From Candidatus Omnitrophota bacterium (GTDB taxonomy: Bacteria > Omnitrophota > Gorgyraeia > Gygaellales > Profunditerraquicolaceae), in assembly GCA_049517335.1 (NCBI GenBank), contig JBEKSD010000009.1, positions 1 through 52,888 of the forward strand: a DNA stretch of 52,888 nucleotides, given 5' to 3'. Below are positions 35,960 through 45,690 of the stretch, in pieces. Below the pieces are notes generated by a model. The model did not search any database. It was not told where the DNA came from and saw nothing but the letters and a program-made list of their open reading frames with translations. Numbering within the stretch: position 1 is the stretch's first letter; each line of letters begins with the position of its first letter. The position numbers and the translations under genes are program-made.

Positions 35960-37366
35960 ATGCTAAAAGAACTTAATTCAGTATTCAGGAAACTAGTAAT
36001 ATTTGTTGACTTTTGCATGGTGACAGTAGCTTTTTTCCTGGGGTATTTTTTTCGGTCACAAATTAGCGGTCTCTACCCTTTAAGCGCATATATCGGTTTA
36101 TTACCAATATTGCTTATTATATGGTTGGGCTTGCTTTATTCTTTTGGGATGTATAAGTCTTTTCGGACCAAGGAGGCAGTAGATATTGTAATTATTGTAT
36201 TTAAGGCAACTTTTTTAGGATTTATCATTTTTGCTACCTATACTTATCTTTTTAAATTAGATTATATCAGCAGGGCATTTATAGCCTTCGTATTCATTTT
36301 TTCGGCGATCCTTATTACCTTTGAAAAAATTATCCTGATACTGTTTACTAGATATATTCGTAAGAAAGGGTACAATTTTAGATGTGTTTTAATCGTGGGA
36401 ACAGGCGAGAGGGCGCAGTATTTTATTGATTTGATCCGCGAACACGCTGAATGGGGCCTTAAAATTGTCGGACTTATAGATGAGGATATCGACAAGATAG
36501 GAAAGGTTATTTGTGGTTGCGAAGTAATCGGCTCTTTTAAGAATATGCCTGATATAATTCATAATAATATCATAGATGAGGTGGTCTTTGTTGTGCCGCG
36601 TTCATGGCTCAACAAAATAGAAGAAATAATGCATTTCTGTGAAACCGAAGGGCTAAAGGTAAGTGTCGCGGTTGATTATTTTAAGCTTAAATTATCCCAA
36701 GGAAAGCAAGAAGAATTAGGCGGGTTTCCTTTGCTTACCTTCGAAAGCACATCGGATAAACTATGGCAACTTTTATTTAAACGTCTCCTTGATTTAATTT
36801 TTTGCATAGTTGCTCTTGTTCTGTTGATACCGGTTTTTATAATTGTGTCCATAATTATAAAAGTAACATCAGAAGGTCCGGTATTTTTTAGACAAGAAAG
36901 ATGCGGTTTAAATGGTAGGAAATTTACTCTGTATAAGTTTAGGACGATGATTAGAGACGCAGAAGATAAGCTTGACTCCTTGATGGAACATAACGAGATG
37001 AAGGGGCCTGTTTTTAAAATAGAAAATGACCCCCGCCTGACAAAAGTAGGTAAATTCTTAAGAAAATCTAGTATAGATGAACTGCCTCAGTTATGGAATG
37101 TGTTGATGGGTGATATGAGCGTGGTCGGACCAAGGCCTCCTATACCGGCAGAAGTCAAAAAATATGATAACTGGCAGAGAAGGCGGCTTAGTATGAGGCC
37201 AGGAATTACTTGTTTTTGGCAAATTAATGGAAGGAATAAAATAGTAGATTTTAATGAATGGATGCGCCTTGATCTTGAATATATAGACAACTGGTCTTTA
37301 TGGCTTGATTTTAAGATTTTATTTAAAACAGTACCGGTTGTATTGTTCGGTATCGGCGCAAAATAA
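35960..37366 (+). CDS. Polyprenyl-phosphate glycosylphosphotransferase (priming sugar transferase, WcaJ/CpsE-like)
   Basis: VLIVGTG, KRLLDL, FFRQER.G.NGRKF..YKFRTM, DPRLTKVGKFLRKSSIDELPQL.NVL.GDMS.VGPRP. Confidence 0.93.
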   Translation: MLKELNSVFRKLVIFVDFCMVTVAFFLGYFFRSQISGLYPLSAYIGLLPILLIIWLGLLYSFGMYKSFRTKEAVDIVIIVFKATFLGFIIFATYTYLFKLDYISRAFIAFVFIFSAILITFEKIILILFTRYIRKKGYNFRCVLIVGTGERAQYFIDLIREHAEWGLKIVGLIDEDIDKIGKVICGCEVIGSFKNMPDIIHNNIIDEVVFVVPRSWLNKIEEIMHFCETEGLKVSVAVDYFKLKLSQGKQEELGGFPLLTFESTSDKLWQLLFKRLLDLIFCIVALVLLIPVFIIVSIIIKVTSEGPVFFRQERCGLNGRKFTLYKFRTMIRDAEDKLDSLMEHNEMKGPVFKIENDPRLTKVGKFLRKSSIDELPQLWNVLMGDMSVVGPRPPIPAEVKKYDNWQRRRLSMRPGITCFWQINGRNKIVDFNEWMRLDLEYIDNWSLWLDFKILFKTVPVVLFGIGAK

Positions 37367-37379
37367 CCCCTGCCTTACC

Positions 37380-37408
37380 TTGATAATTATAATAATATAT
37401 GTTATATT
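37380..37408 (+). promoter_or_regulatory. sigma70-type promoter
   Basis: TTGATA-17 nt-TATATT with TGn, in an AT-rich context. Confidence 0.5.
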
Positions 37409-37414
37409 TTTAAC

Positions 37415-37487
37415 TCTTAATAGGGAGGTAATTAGGAAAATCAGATTATAGCTAGATTGACAAGAAAAAGGGTCAGTCTGGTTTTTT
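37415..37487 (+). promoter_or_regulatory. Leader element copy B: GGAGG-loop hairpin plus intrinsic terminator
   Basis: TCTTAATA-GGGAGG-TAATTAGGA, then GCTAGATTGAC-AAGAAAAAGG-GTCAGTCTGGT plus T-run. Confidence 0.6.
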
Positions 37488-37558
37488 ATTCGCTCTACAT
37501 ATTGTAATAAAGTTTATTAAATTGTAATAAAAAATACGTAAAAGAAGAGGCGATAGAA

Positions 37559-37741
37559 GTGGCGCAGAAAAAATTGTTATTGACCAAAGAGGCCGCGAAA
37601 GTTCTAAGGATTAGTGAAGAATACCTGCGTTCTCTTATCAGAAGAAAAAAAATACTGGCTTATAAAGAAGGCCGCCGCGGTGGTTACCGGATTCCAGCGC
37701 AGGAAATCGACAATTATATTTCTCGTAGGTATCAGGCATAA
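37559..37741 (+). CDS. Excisionase-like (HTH_17) DNA-binding protein
   Basis: LLLTKEAAKVLRISEEYLRSLIRRKKILAYKEGRRGGYRIP. GTG start after GAGG. Confidence 0.85.
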   Translation: MAQKKLLLTKEAAKVLRISEEYLRSLIRRKKILAYKEGRRGGYRIPAQEIDNYISRRYQA

Positions 37742-37784
37742 TGATAAGAAAACGTTGATTTACGGTTTAAAGGAGAAAATAAAA

Positions 37785-38306
37785 ATGAAAAAAGTAATGA
37801 TTAGGATGGGACTAATAATTCTGCTGGCATTATTAATCAGCGGGGGAATCTGGTTGGCTATGGAATTCAATAATAAAAATCTTGAAATTAAAGATATGCG
37901 GGCTGGACTTGCTCTAGAGCGTGCAATAAAGTCGAACTTACAAAGAAAACTTTCCTTTACGCAAAGGGAACTTGATAAGATAAGAGAAGAACTGGATACT
38001 ACCCAGAAGCAACTCAACGAAGTCAATAGCAAGCTTGTAGCATCCGAGACTAATAATGCTAAATTAGTCAGTGAAAAAAGGACTCTTGAAGCTAGACTTC
38101 ACTCTTTAAAAGAGTTAAAAAAGGCGATCAGGCAGGTTAAGATAGAGATGTATAATGAAAGGCAGCAGCAGTCATTGGCAAAAAGGCAACTGCGAAAAGA
38201 AATTGATGCCACTAAGCTGCTTACGGGAAACCGCGGCCTTCTCTGTAAAGATGGCAAGTCAACATATAAGCCCATAGTCAAAATTGAAGTTCATCCGGGG
38301 GATTAA
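37785..38306 (+). CDS. Membrane-anchored coiled-coil hypothetical protein
   Basis: ATG 37785 after AAGGAG, one TM helix, then heptad-rich ELDKIREELDTTQKQLNEV. Confidence 0.7.
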   Translation: MKKVMIRMGLIILLALLISGGIWLAMEFNNKNLEIKDMRAGLALERAIKSNLQRKLSFTQRELDKIREELDTTQKQLNEVNSKLVASETNNAKLVSEKRTLEARLHSLKELKKAIRQVKIEMYNERQQQSLAKRQLRKEIDATKLLTGNRGLLCKDGKSTYKPIVKIEVHPGD

Positions 38307-38313
38307 AGTAAGA

Positions 38314-38403
38314 ATAGAAAAAGAAGAAATATCCATTTATAAAGAAGGCCACCGCAGAAGATACCATATCCCAGACTTAACTAAAGCGGTAATTCAGGGA
38401 TAG
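38314..38403 (+). pseudogene. Degenerate fragment of a third excisionase-like HTH gene
   Basis: IEKEEISIYKEGHRRRYHIPD aligns with IRRKKILAYKEGRRGGYRIPA of 37559-37741. Shared DNA: TTATAAAGAAGGCC.CCGC. Confidence 0.6.
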
Positions 38404-38647
38404 TTAAGTAATGTATCCCCAGGACTCGGGAGAAGAAAACTGAGTAAACCATGAAGAAAAAAATAGCTATCTTAAGAGTTGCTTTTGACTGTGTTTTATA
38501 TGTCTCGGAAGTTTTCGATAGATGTCTATAGTTAAAAAGAGATGGGAGGCTAAGCTTTAAGACTGTAACAGTTGCAATAAAGCCAATAGTCCAGTTTTAT
38601 TAAAATATAGATTACAGAGATAAAAACAATAACGAATTAAATAATAA

Positions 38648-39955
38648 ATGAATGAAGCAAAATTGATATTTAAGAATTCTTTATGGCTTGTTATCGGTGA
38701 GATTATAAGTAAAATAGCAATTTTTTTTCTTATGGTTATTTTAGCTAGAAAAGTAGAAGTTTCTGATTTTGGAAAATATAACCTTGCAGTTTCTGTTGCT
38801 ACGATTTTTTCTTTTATAGGGGACTTGGGATTGAATATATTTTTATTTAGGGAAACCGCCAGGAATAGAGGACTGCTTTCTAAATATGTGAGCAATATTT
38901 TAGCAATGAGACTTATTCTATCTATTATATTTTTAGCAATAGTCTATTTTTTTACGAAAATATTTCATTATTCTTCAGATGTAGCAAGATTAATTTATCT
39001 ATTTTCTGGATGGCTATGTTTTATGAACCTTACCTTTGTTTTTCGAACAAGTTTTAAAGCTATGGAGATAATGAAATGGGATGCAATTGCTAATATCTTG
39101 GATAACATACTTCGGCTTGCAATCACTGTTGTCTTATTAAGTATAGGACTAAATGTGCTTGGCGTTGGCATAGCCTATTTTCTATCTGGGGTTATGGCTT
39201 TTTTGTTTTGTTTATTTATATTTATTCGTTATTTTACAAAGTTTAATTTTAAATTAGATTTTTCCCTTTGGTTTGTAGCTTTAAAAGAAATGCCTTCCTT
39301 ATCTTTAGTGGCGATTTTAATACCTATGTTCGGTATGTTTGATTTAATTATACTTGCTCATTTTAAAGGCGAGGAAGCGGTTGGATTATACGGCGCATCT
39401 CTCAAGTTAGTTTTAATGTTGATATTGATCCCGGGACTTATTACTCAGGCAGCTTTCCCTAAGCTATCGCAGCAAGCTTTTAAGAATGAGGATAAATTCA
39501 GAAGCTCAGTTAGCTATTTAGTAAAAACAATTTTTATTTTTAGCACTTTAGCTTCTTTGGTAATTTTTTTATTATCTAATTACATAATTCACTTAGTTTA
39601 TGGAGCCAAGTATCTTACCTCTGCTCGGGTGTTACAGATTTTAATTTGGTGTTTCCCTTTGCATGCGCTTAATGGCGTATTTATTTATGGTCTAAATGCG
39701 AGAAATAAGCAAAATGTTAACACAATTTTTATAGGTAGCTCTATTTTGTTGAATATATTATTAGCCATAGTACTTGCTCCAAAGTTTAGCTATATTGGAG
39801 TATCTTTTGCTACTTTAAGCAGTTTAATTGTATTGTCTATATTGTTCAATTTTTATTATAGTAAAAAAAATTATGTTAGCTTAAAGGAATTGAAGCTTAC
39901 TTACAAAGATTTATTTATGATTAAGAATATTTTTTCAAGTGAGGTTGCGCCTTGA
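38648..39955 (+). CDS. wzx: Polysaccharide flippase (Wzx)
   Basis: KNSLWL...ILAR....DFGKY, DLGL, D.IIL......AVGLY.A; about 12 TM segments. Confidence 0.88.
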   Translation: MNEAKLIFKNSLWLVIGEIISKIAIFFLMVILARKVEVSDFGKYNLAVSVATIFSFIGDLGLNIFLFRETARNRGLLSKYVSNILAMRLILSIIFLAIVYFFTKIFHYSSDVARLIYLFSGWLCFMNLTFVFRTSFKAMEIMKWDAIANILDNILRLAITVVLLSIGLNVLGVGIAYFLSGVMAFLFCLFIFIRYFTKFNFKLDFSLWFVALKEMPSLSLVAILIPMFGMFDLIILAHFKGEEAVGLYGASLKLVLMLILIPGLITQAAFPKLSQQAFKNEDKFRSSVSYLVKTIFIFSTLASLVIFLLSNYIIHLVYGAKYLTSARVLQILIWCFPLHALNGVFIYGLNARNKQNVNTIFIGSSILLNILLAIVLAPKFSYIGVSFATLSSLIVLSILFNFYYSKKNYVSLKELKLTYKDLFMIKNIFSSEVAP

Positions 39956-41103
39956 TTAAGGTAGCTTCTATTGTCCGGATATGCCCGCATTATAGGGTTT
40001 CTACCTTTGAACATCTGGCTAAACACGTTGATTTAACTCTTTATTACGGCAGAGGTGAGAAAAGCGGTTCTAATCAAAATGCCAAGGTCATCGATGGGTT
40101 CAAGCATAAAAGACTATTCACGTTAACTTGTAGCCTTCATCTAAAGACAAAAAGTTATTATTTAACTTGGTTTCCATCACTTATTTTACATTTGATTAAA
40201 AATAGGCCCCAAGTAATAATTTCTGAAGGGACAACAAATATTATAAATAATATTCCAGTCTATATTTTTGCTAAATTGGCCAGAATCCCTTTTGTTTGGG
40301 GCGAAGCCGGAAGGAATATGAATTTAGCAAAGAATAAAGTGCGAAGAGTGATAGAGCCTATCTTGACTTTTTTCATGAGGCAATCGGATGCTTGCATTGG
40401 CTATACAGAAATGTCAAGGCAATATTTTCTTTCGATAGGCGTTCCAAACGAAAGGATATTTATTACCTATAATACTGTAGATTTCGGTGATAGCGAGGAA
40501 ACAAAAAAACAATATTCCAGTATATTAAATCAAGAAAAAGAAAAATTGTCACTTACTAGTAAAAAGATAATTTTGTATGTAGGCTCGATTGAAAAACGAA
40601 AAAGGTTAGGTATCTTATTAAAAGCTTTTAGGCAAATAAAGCTAGAATATAAAAATGTGTCTCTGTTAATAATTGGCGATGGACCTGAAAAAAGTAATAT
40701 AGAGGCAATGGTTATAACAGAACATATAGAGGATGTGCATATTTTAGGTAGGATAGTAGAAAGAATAGGTCTTTATTTTATGCTTAGTGATGTATTAGTT
40801 TTACCCGGTAGTAGTAGTCTAGCAATTAATCAAGCCATGCTTTACGGAAAACCGGTAATTACTGTTGCTTATGGGGGCCCCGAGTATGAGTTTATAAAAG
40901 ATGGGGAAAGCGGTTTTATTTTAAAAAGAGGTGACGATGAAGAGCTTAAAGAGGCTATTTTAAAAGTCATTCTTAATGATAATCTAAGAATCAAAATGGG
41001 AGAAACGGCATTGAGTCTGATAAAGAAAACTAACGTCGAAAGTATGGTAGATAATATTATTCGTGCGATTCACTATGCATATAATAGAGGTAATTTAAAT
41101 TAA
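39952..41103 (+). CDS. Glycosyltransferase family 4
   Basis: PHYR, ILYVGSIEKRKRL, IIGDGPE, SDVLVLP...LAINQAM.YGKPVI. Confidence 0.88.
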   Translation: MIKVASIVRICPHYRVSTFEHLAKHVDLTLYYGRGEKSGSNQNAKVIDGFKHKRLFTLTCSLHLKTKSYYLTWFPSLILHLIKNRPQVIISEGTTNIINNIPVYIFAKLARIPFVWGEAGRNMNLAKNKVRRVIEPILTFFMRQSDACIGYTEMSRQYFLSIGVPNERIFITYNTVDFGDSEETKKQYSSILNQEKEKLSLTSKKIILYVGSIEKRKRLGILLKAFRQIKLEYKNVSLLIIGDGPEKSNIEAMVITEHIEDVHILGRIVERIGLYFMLSDVLVLPGSSSLAINQAMLYGKPVITVAYGGPEYEFIKDGESGFILKRGDDEELKEAILKVILNDNLRIKMGETALSLIKKTNVESMVDNIIRAIHYAYNRGNLN

Positions 41104-41124
41104 TTCTCAGGGATATAACAGAAT

Positions 41125-42549
41125 ATGGTAAAAGAAAAATTTGAACGAAAAAATATTACAACTTTACTTATTGTTTTTTCGGTCTTAATTGGTTTGCTAA
41201 CTTTGATATCTGGCGCGATGATAATTCCGATATTATTTTTCTTTATAACTATTCTTTATATTTTTTTTAATCTTAAAAATTCTATAATTTTAGCAATTGG
41301 CATTACACCAATGATGAACATATGTGTGTTCCATTCAACCATTGCTGATATTAGGATCAGCCAGTTAATTTGGGGGTCAATTTTAGTCGTAGCACTGATT
41401 AATAGGATGCTTTATTTTGGCATGGATAAACTGAGAATAGATGCAAAAATATGGCTGACTTTATTTATCTTGATTGGTATCAGCTTTTTATCAATAATCC
41501 CGTCAGGCTATAAACTTATTACATTACGAAAATCTATACAATTGGTTTATTTAGCTGCGATATTCATTATTATCTTAACCGAGATTAACAGCATACAAAT
41601 GTTAAATAAAGCAGTTCTTGCATTATTACTGTCTTCAATAATATTCATTGGTTTTGGTTTTTTAAAAGTAATCTTGGGTTATTCCATTCTCCCATTTATT
41701 GAAATAGACAGTTTGCACTCAGTTTCATTTACTAAAACTCCACTTATGGAGCAATATGCTTTTAGTGGGACAGCATTATTTAAGAGAGCGGATGCTTTTT
41801 TTTGGGGGCCTGTAGCTACTGCTGCTTATTTGATTCCGATTATAATTCTTTCGATATCTTTATTATTTGACAAAGACATTCTTGCTCCAAAGATAAAAAG
41901 ATTATGTTATTTTTGTTCATTATTCGGTCCGCTTTTACTTTTACTAACTTTTTCAAGAGCAGGATTTATTATTTTTTCATTACTTTTATTATTTCTTTAT
42001 TTCCTAAAACACCGTATCCCTAAACAATTACTAATAATCTTGATTATTATAATTGCTGTTTTTACTATCAGCATGTCACAGAGATCACGTCTTTTAGAAA
42101 TTGCCTCTTTAGGAGAAGCATCAACACAGTCACATTTTCGTCTCTGGATGCAGGCGATTGTTATGTTTTTAAATAAGCCAATACTTGGATATGGGGCAGG
42201 AACATTTTCTCTTCAAAGATTCATTATAAATGTCCCTACTTTTTTATCAGGTGAAAACATAGACACTTTACCTCATAATATGTTTTTATTGATGGCTGCA
42301 GAAACTGGGATAGTTGGATTATTTTCACTAGTTATTTTTTTGTTTTTGGTTATAAAGAATATTTGGATTCGTTTATCCTTAGAACAGGATAGGTATTTAT
42401 ACAATATTAATCTTGGTTTTTTCTTGGGTATAATTGGAGTAATTCTAATGAATTTAACAATGAATTTTTTTACTATCGAAATATTCTGGGTATTTTTGGG
42501 CTTAGGTTACGTCTCCTCCAATATAATCAATAATAAGAAATTTGCTTAA
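41125..42549 (+). CDS. O-antigen ligase/Wzy-like polymerase
   Basis: Multi-TM; LLLTFSRAGF, R..LW......F..KPILGYG.G, PHNMFL..AAETGIVG. Confidence 0.85.
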   Translation: MVKEKFERKNITTLLIVFSVLIGLLTLISGAMIIPILFFFITILYIFFNLKNSIILAIGITPMMNICVFHSTIADIRISQLIWGSILVVALINRMLYFGMDKLRIDAKIWLTLFILIGISFLSIIPSGYKLITLRKSIQLVYLAAIFIIILTEINSIQMLNKAVLALLLSSIIFIGFGFLKVILGYSILPFIEIDSLHSVSFTKTPLMEQYAFSGTALFKRADAFFWGPVATAAYLIPIIILSISLLFDKDILAPKIKRLCYFCSLFGPLLLLLTFSRAGFIIFSLLLLFLYFLKHRIPKQLLIILIIIIAVFTISMSQRSRLLEIASLGEASTQSHFRLWMQAIVMFLNKPILGYGAGTFSLQRFIINVPTFLSGENIDTLPHNMFLLMAAETGIVGLFSLVIFLFLVIKNIWIRLSLEQDRYLYNINLGFFLGIIGVILMNLTMNFFTIEIFWVFLGLGYVSSNIINNKKFA

Positions 42550-42558
42550 AATAATGAA

Positions 42559-43707
42559 ATGGAAATAAAAAGGATATCGAAAGAAGAAGATTTTTTAAAA
42601 TTAAAAGACTGCTGGAATTCTCTTTTATTTAAAAGCAATTTAGGCAATATTTTTCTTACCTGGGAATGGTTGTATAATTGGTGGCAGGTATTTAAGGGGA
42701 GCAGGGATAAACTGTTTATCTTGGTAGGTATGGATAATGATGAAGTAGTCGGGATAGCGCCCTGCTACATAAACGGTAGATTCTATAAAAAAATTCGTTT
42801 TTTGGGTTCAGGGATAGTTTGTTCTGAGTATCTATCATTTATTGCAAATTCAGAAAAAATGGTTACTTTTTGTGCCGGCGTATGCGAATATTTGAGTACC
42901 AACAGTGATAAATGGGATTTATTATATTTGGAGTCGTTAGAAGTCGATAATATTACAGCATTTTTTTTAAAGAATAGCGTCAATACAATAAAATGGAAAT
43001 GGCTGCAGTTAAGGGAGCATTCTTGTTTTTACTTACCGTTATCTTCTATAGATAAACTTAAACAGACAATGAGTCCTTCTTTGCTCAAAAATGCTTTGAC
43101 TGGGGAAAAGAGGTTATCTCTAAAAGGGCAGGTTGTATCTAAAGAGCTAGATCTTAATTGCCAAGAGCTGTCTTTAAATTTTGATATAGTAGTCTCGCTT
43201 CACCAAAATAGATGGCAGAATAAGGGGCACAAAAGTGCTGGTGTATTCAGTAATAAACTTATGCTTCAATTCTTGAGAAAGATTACAGAGGAATTTTATA
43301 AAAATGGCTGGTTAAGCATATATTGTATTCTTTTTAATGGTAAACCAATTGCTGCGGATTATAATTTTAAATTCCAGAATAAGATTTGGATTTATGTGAG
43401 GGGGCTTGATTCTTCCTATAGGTATTATACTCCTGGATTGATTTGTCTTTGGGAAAGTCTGCAATTTTATATAAAAAGCGGTTATCGAGAGTACGATTTT
43501 TTAAGAGGAGACGAAGTCTATAAGAATAAAGCCACAGGCGCACTTCATAAAGAAATGGATATGTTAATCATGAAGAGTAATCTTAAATGCTTCCTGTTTT
43601 TAGTTTACATATCATCCATAGCCATATTAAAGAAAATTCTTAAAAAGATGTTTTCACCGCGGGTCTATCTTTATTTAAAAACTCTTAAATTTAATAGAAG
43701 CAGGTAG
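42559..43707 (+). CDS. GNAT-family acyltransferase (CelD/BcsL-like)
   Basis: FLTWEWLYNWW, VGIAP, LHQNRW, YTPG, EYDFLRGDEVYK. Confidence 0.85.
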   Translation: MEIKRISKEEDFLKLKDCWNSLLFKSNLGNIFLTWEWLYNWWQVFKGSRDKLFILVGMDNDEVVGIAPCYINGRFYKKIRFLGSGIVCSEYLSFIANSEKMVTFCAGVCEYLSTNSDKWDLLYLESLEVDNITAFFLKNSVNTIKWKWLQLREHSCFYLPLSSIDKLKQTMSPSLLKNALTGEKRLSLKGQVVSKELDLNCQELSLNFDIVVSLHQNRWQNKGHKSAGVFSNKLMLQFLRKITEEFYKNGWLSIYCILFNGKPIAADYNFKFQNKIWIYVRGLDSSYRYYTPGLICLWESLQFYIKSGYREYDFLRGDEVYKNKATGALHKEMDMLIMKSNLKCFLFLVYISSIAILKKILKKMFSPRVYLYLKTLKFNRSR

Positions 43708-43717
43708 GAGCCGATGC

Positions 43718-44875
43718 ATGAATGAGGATAGCAATTTACGTTTGAAGCTTTTTAGAGGTAAGGCAGGATTAAACCAGCTTGCTACAGATTGGAGATGCTT
43801 AACAGATCGCATAGATAAGAAAAGTTTTTATCATCTTGTTGAGTGGTATGAGTGTTATATGGATGCACTGGAAAATGAACCTGAGAAGATGTTCTTCTGC
43901 GTCCTTTATGATGGTGACAAGGCGGAGGCGATTTTCCCTTTTCGTAAAATAAAATATCACCTACTGGGTCTACAAATTAATATTCTTGAGCTCCCCAATC
44001 ACTCCCATGTATTATTTAACGATTTTATTTTTGTTAATAACGAAAGTCCAAGTGTTTTTTTAAAAACGTTATTTGAACAACTAAAGAATTTTCCGGATTT
44101 ACACTGGGACATTATTCGTCTTTATAATATTCCAGATAATTCTTCTGCAGCCTCTGTCATTTTAACTCTAGGAAACTCGTTGATCATCAGTGAAAAAAAA
44201 CGGCAATGTAGTTATATTACACTATCTCCTTATGAACAGTTATCCAAAAGATTCTCTGATAATTTCAAGAGAAACCTGCAAAAGGAAAGAAAAAGGCTTT
44301 CTAGGTTGGATTCAATTTCGTATGTCTTTGTTCATACGTTACCAGAATTAGAACAGGCCTATCTAGAGTTCTTAGATTTAGAGTCCTCGGGATGGAAAGG
44401 AGCAGAAGGGACAGCTATAAAACTAAACGATAGGCTCACTTTGTTTTATCGTCTTTTGCTTAATCGCTATTCAGTAATAGGAAAATGCGAAATTGAGATA
44501 TTAAGGCATAAAAATAAGGCAATCGCAATGGCTCTTTCTTTTTTTACCGAAGATACATGCTATGGTTATAAAATAGGATTTGATGAGTCTTATAAATATG
44601 TTGCTCCCGGGAATATGTTAATAGAGCATTTATTGCAGACATGGGGTAATAAAGGTAACATTAAGTTTTTTAATTTTGTTTCGGATTCACCTTGGCTAGA
44701 TAAATGGATGCCATTACGCTATAATATTTTTGATTTCTTTATATTTAATAAAACTTTAATAGGTATTTTAGCATATCCGTTATTTATGTTGAAGAAATTA
44801 TTACGCATAACATATCGGTCAATTATAAAACCTATAATTAAAAGTATGCACAAAAATAAAAGTCGTGGGACATGA
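43718..44875 (+). CDS. GNAT-family acyltransferase (CelD/BcsL-like)
   Basis: FLDLESSGWKG..GTA, YKIGFDESYKYVAPG. Confidence 0.82.
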   Translation: MNEDSNLRLKLFRGKAGLNQLATDWRCLTDRIDKKSFYHLVEWYECYMDALENEPEKMFFCVLYDGDKAEAIFPFRKIKYHLLGLQINILELPNHSHVLFNDFIFVNNESPSVFLKTLFEQLKNFPDLHWDIIRLYNIPDNSSAASVILTLGNSLIISEKKRQCSYITLSPYEQLSKRFSDNFKRNLQKERKRLSRLDSISYVFVHTLPELEQAYLEFLDLESSGWKGAEGTAIKLNDRLTLFYRLLLNRYSVIGKCEIEILRHKNKAIAMALSFFTEDTCYGYKIGFDESYKYVAPGNMLIEHLLQTWGNKGNIKFFNFVSDSPWLDKWMPLRYNIFDFFIFNKTLIGILAYPLFMLKKLLRITYRSIIKPIIKSMHKNKSRGT

Positions 44876-45684
44876 AGAAAAACTTAAAGAAATTTATTGG
44901 TTTTTTACTCGGGAATAATCTTAGTTTTAACTTCCTTAGGTTTATAAATAGGGAAAAGTTACTTATTTTATACTATCATCAAGTAGTAAAAAAGATGGAA
45001 TTAGCAAACACAGATGATATCAATATGTATACTGATTTTGACAATTTTAATAAGCAAATGATATTTTTAAAAGAACACTATCGTTTAATTAGTGAGAAGG
45101 AAGTTGTTACTTTTATGGAACGCGGAAAATTTCCTGATTATTCGGTTTGGGTAACTTTTGATGATGGATGGAAAGATAATTATACAAATGCTTTTCCGAT
45201 TCTAAAAAAGTACAATATCCCAGTTACTTTCTTTGTGACAGCCGGATATGTGAATAAAACAGTAATTCCAGATGTTGTTTCTGAGAACGATATTTTTATG
45301 AATTGGCAAGAAATCAAAGAAGTAGCGGAATGCGGTATTTCTATAGGGTCACATACAATAAGCCATAGAATATTATCCAATTTGTCAGATGCAGAATTGG
45401 AAAAAGAGATTGTTGGATCAAAAAATGAGATTGAACAAAGATTGGGTAAGAGCGTTATTTCATTTGCCTATCCGGTAGGAAAGAAACAGCATTTTTCTTT
45501 AGATAAATGCGGTTCTGTATTAAATAAAAACAATTTCAAGCTAGCAGTTACTACAGTTGGTGGTTTTAATGCAATAGAATCTAAGAGAGACTGTTTCAAT
45601 CTCAGACGTATGGGTTTAAGTTATGAGGACACATTAAATATTTTTAAATTCAAGATTAGTTTGGGTAGTTTTTGGCAGAAATAG
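44872..45684 (+). CDS. Polysaccharide deacetylase (CE4/NodB)
   Basis: ILYYH, VTFDDGWKDNY..AFPILKKY..P.TFF, IGSHTISH, FAYPVG. Confidence 0.92.
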   Translation: MKKNLKKFIGFLLGNNLSFNFLRFINREKLLILYYHQVVKKMELANTDDINMYTDFDNFNKQMIFLKEHYRLISEKEVVTFMERGKFPDYSVWVTFDDGWKDNYTNAFPILKKYNIPVTFFVTAGYVNKTVIPDVVSENDIFMNWQEIKEVAECGISIGSHTISHRILSNLSDAELEKEIVGSKNEIEQRLGKSVISFAYPVGKKQHFSLDKCGSVLNKNNFKLAVTTVGGFNAIESKRDCFNLRRMGLSYEDTLNIFKFKISLGSFWQK

Positions 45685-45690
45685 GTCAAT

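Noticed and set aside
35661-37741. Excisionase-like genes as evidence of a prophage or ICE
   Set aside because: No integrase, att-like repeats, tRNA or phage genes in the window.
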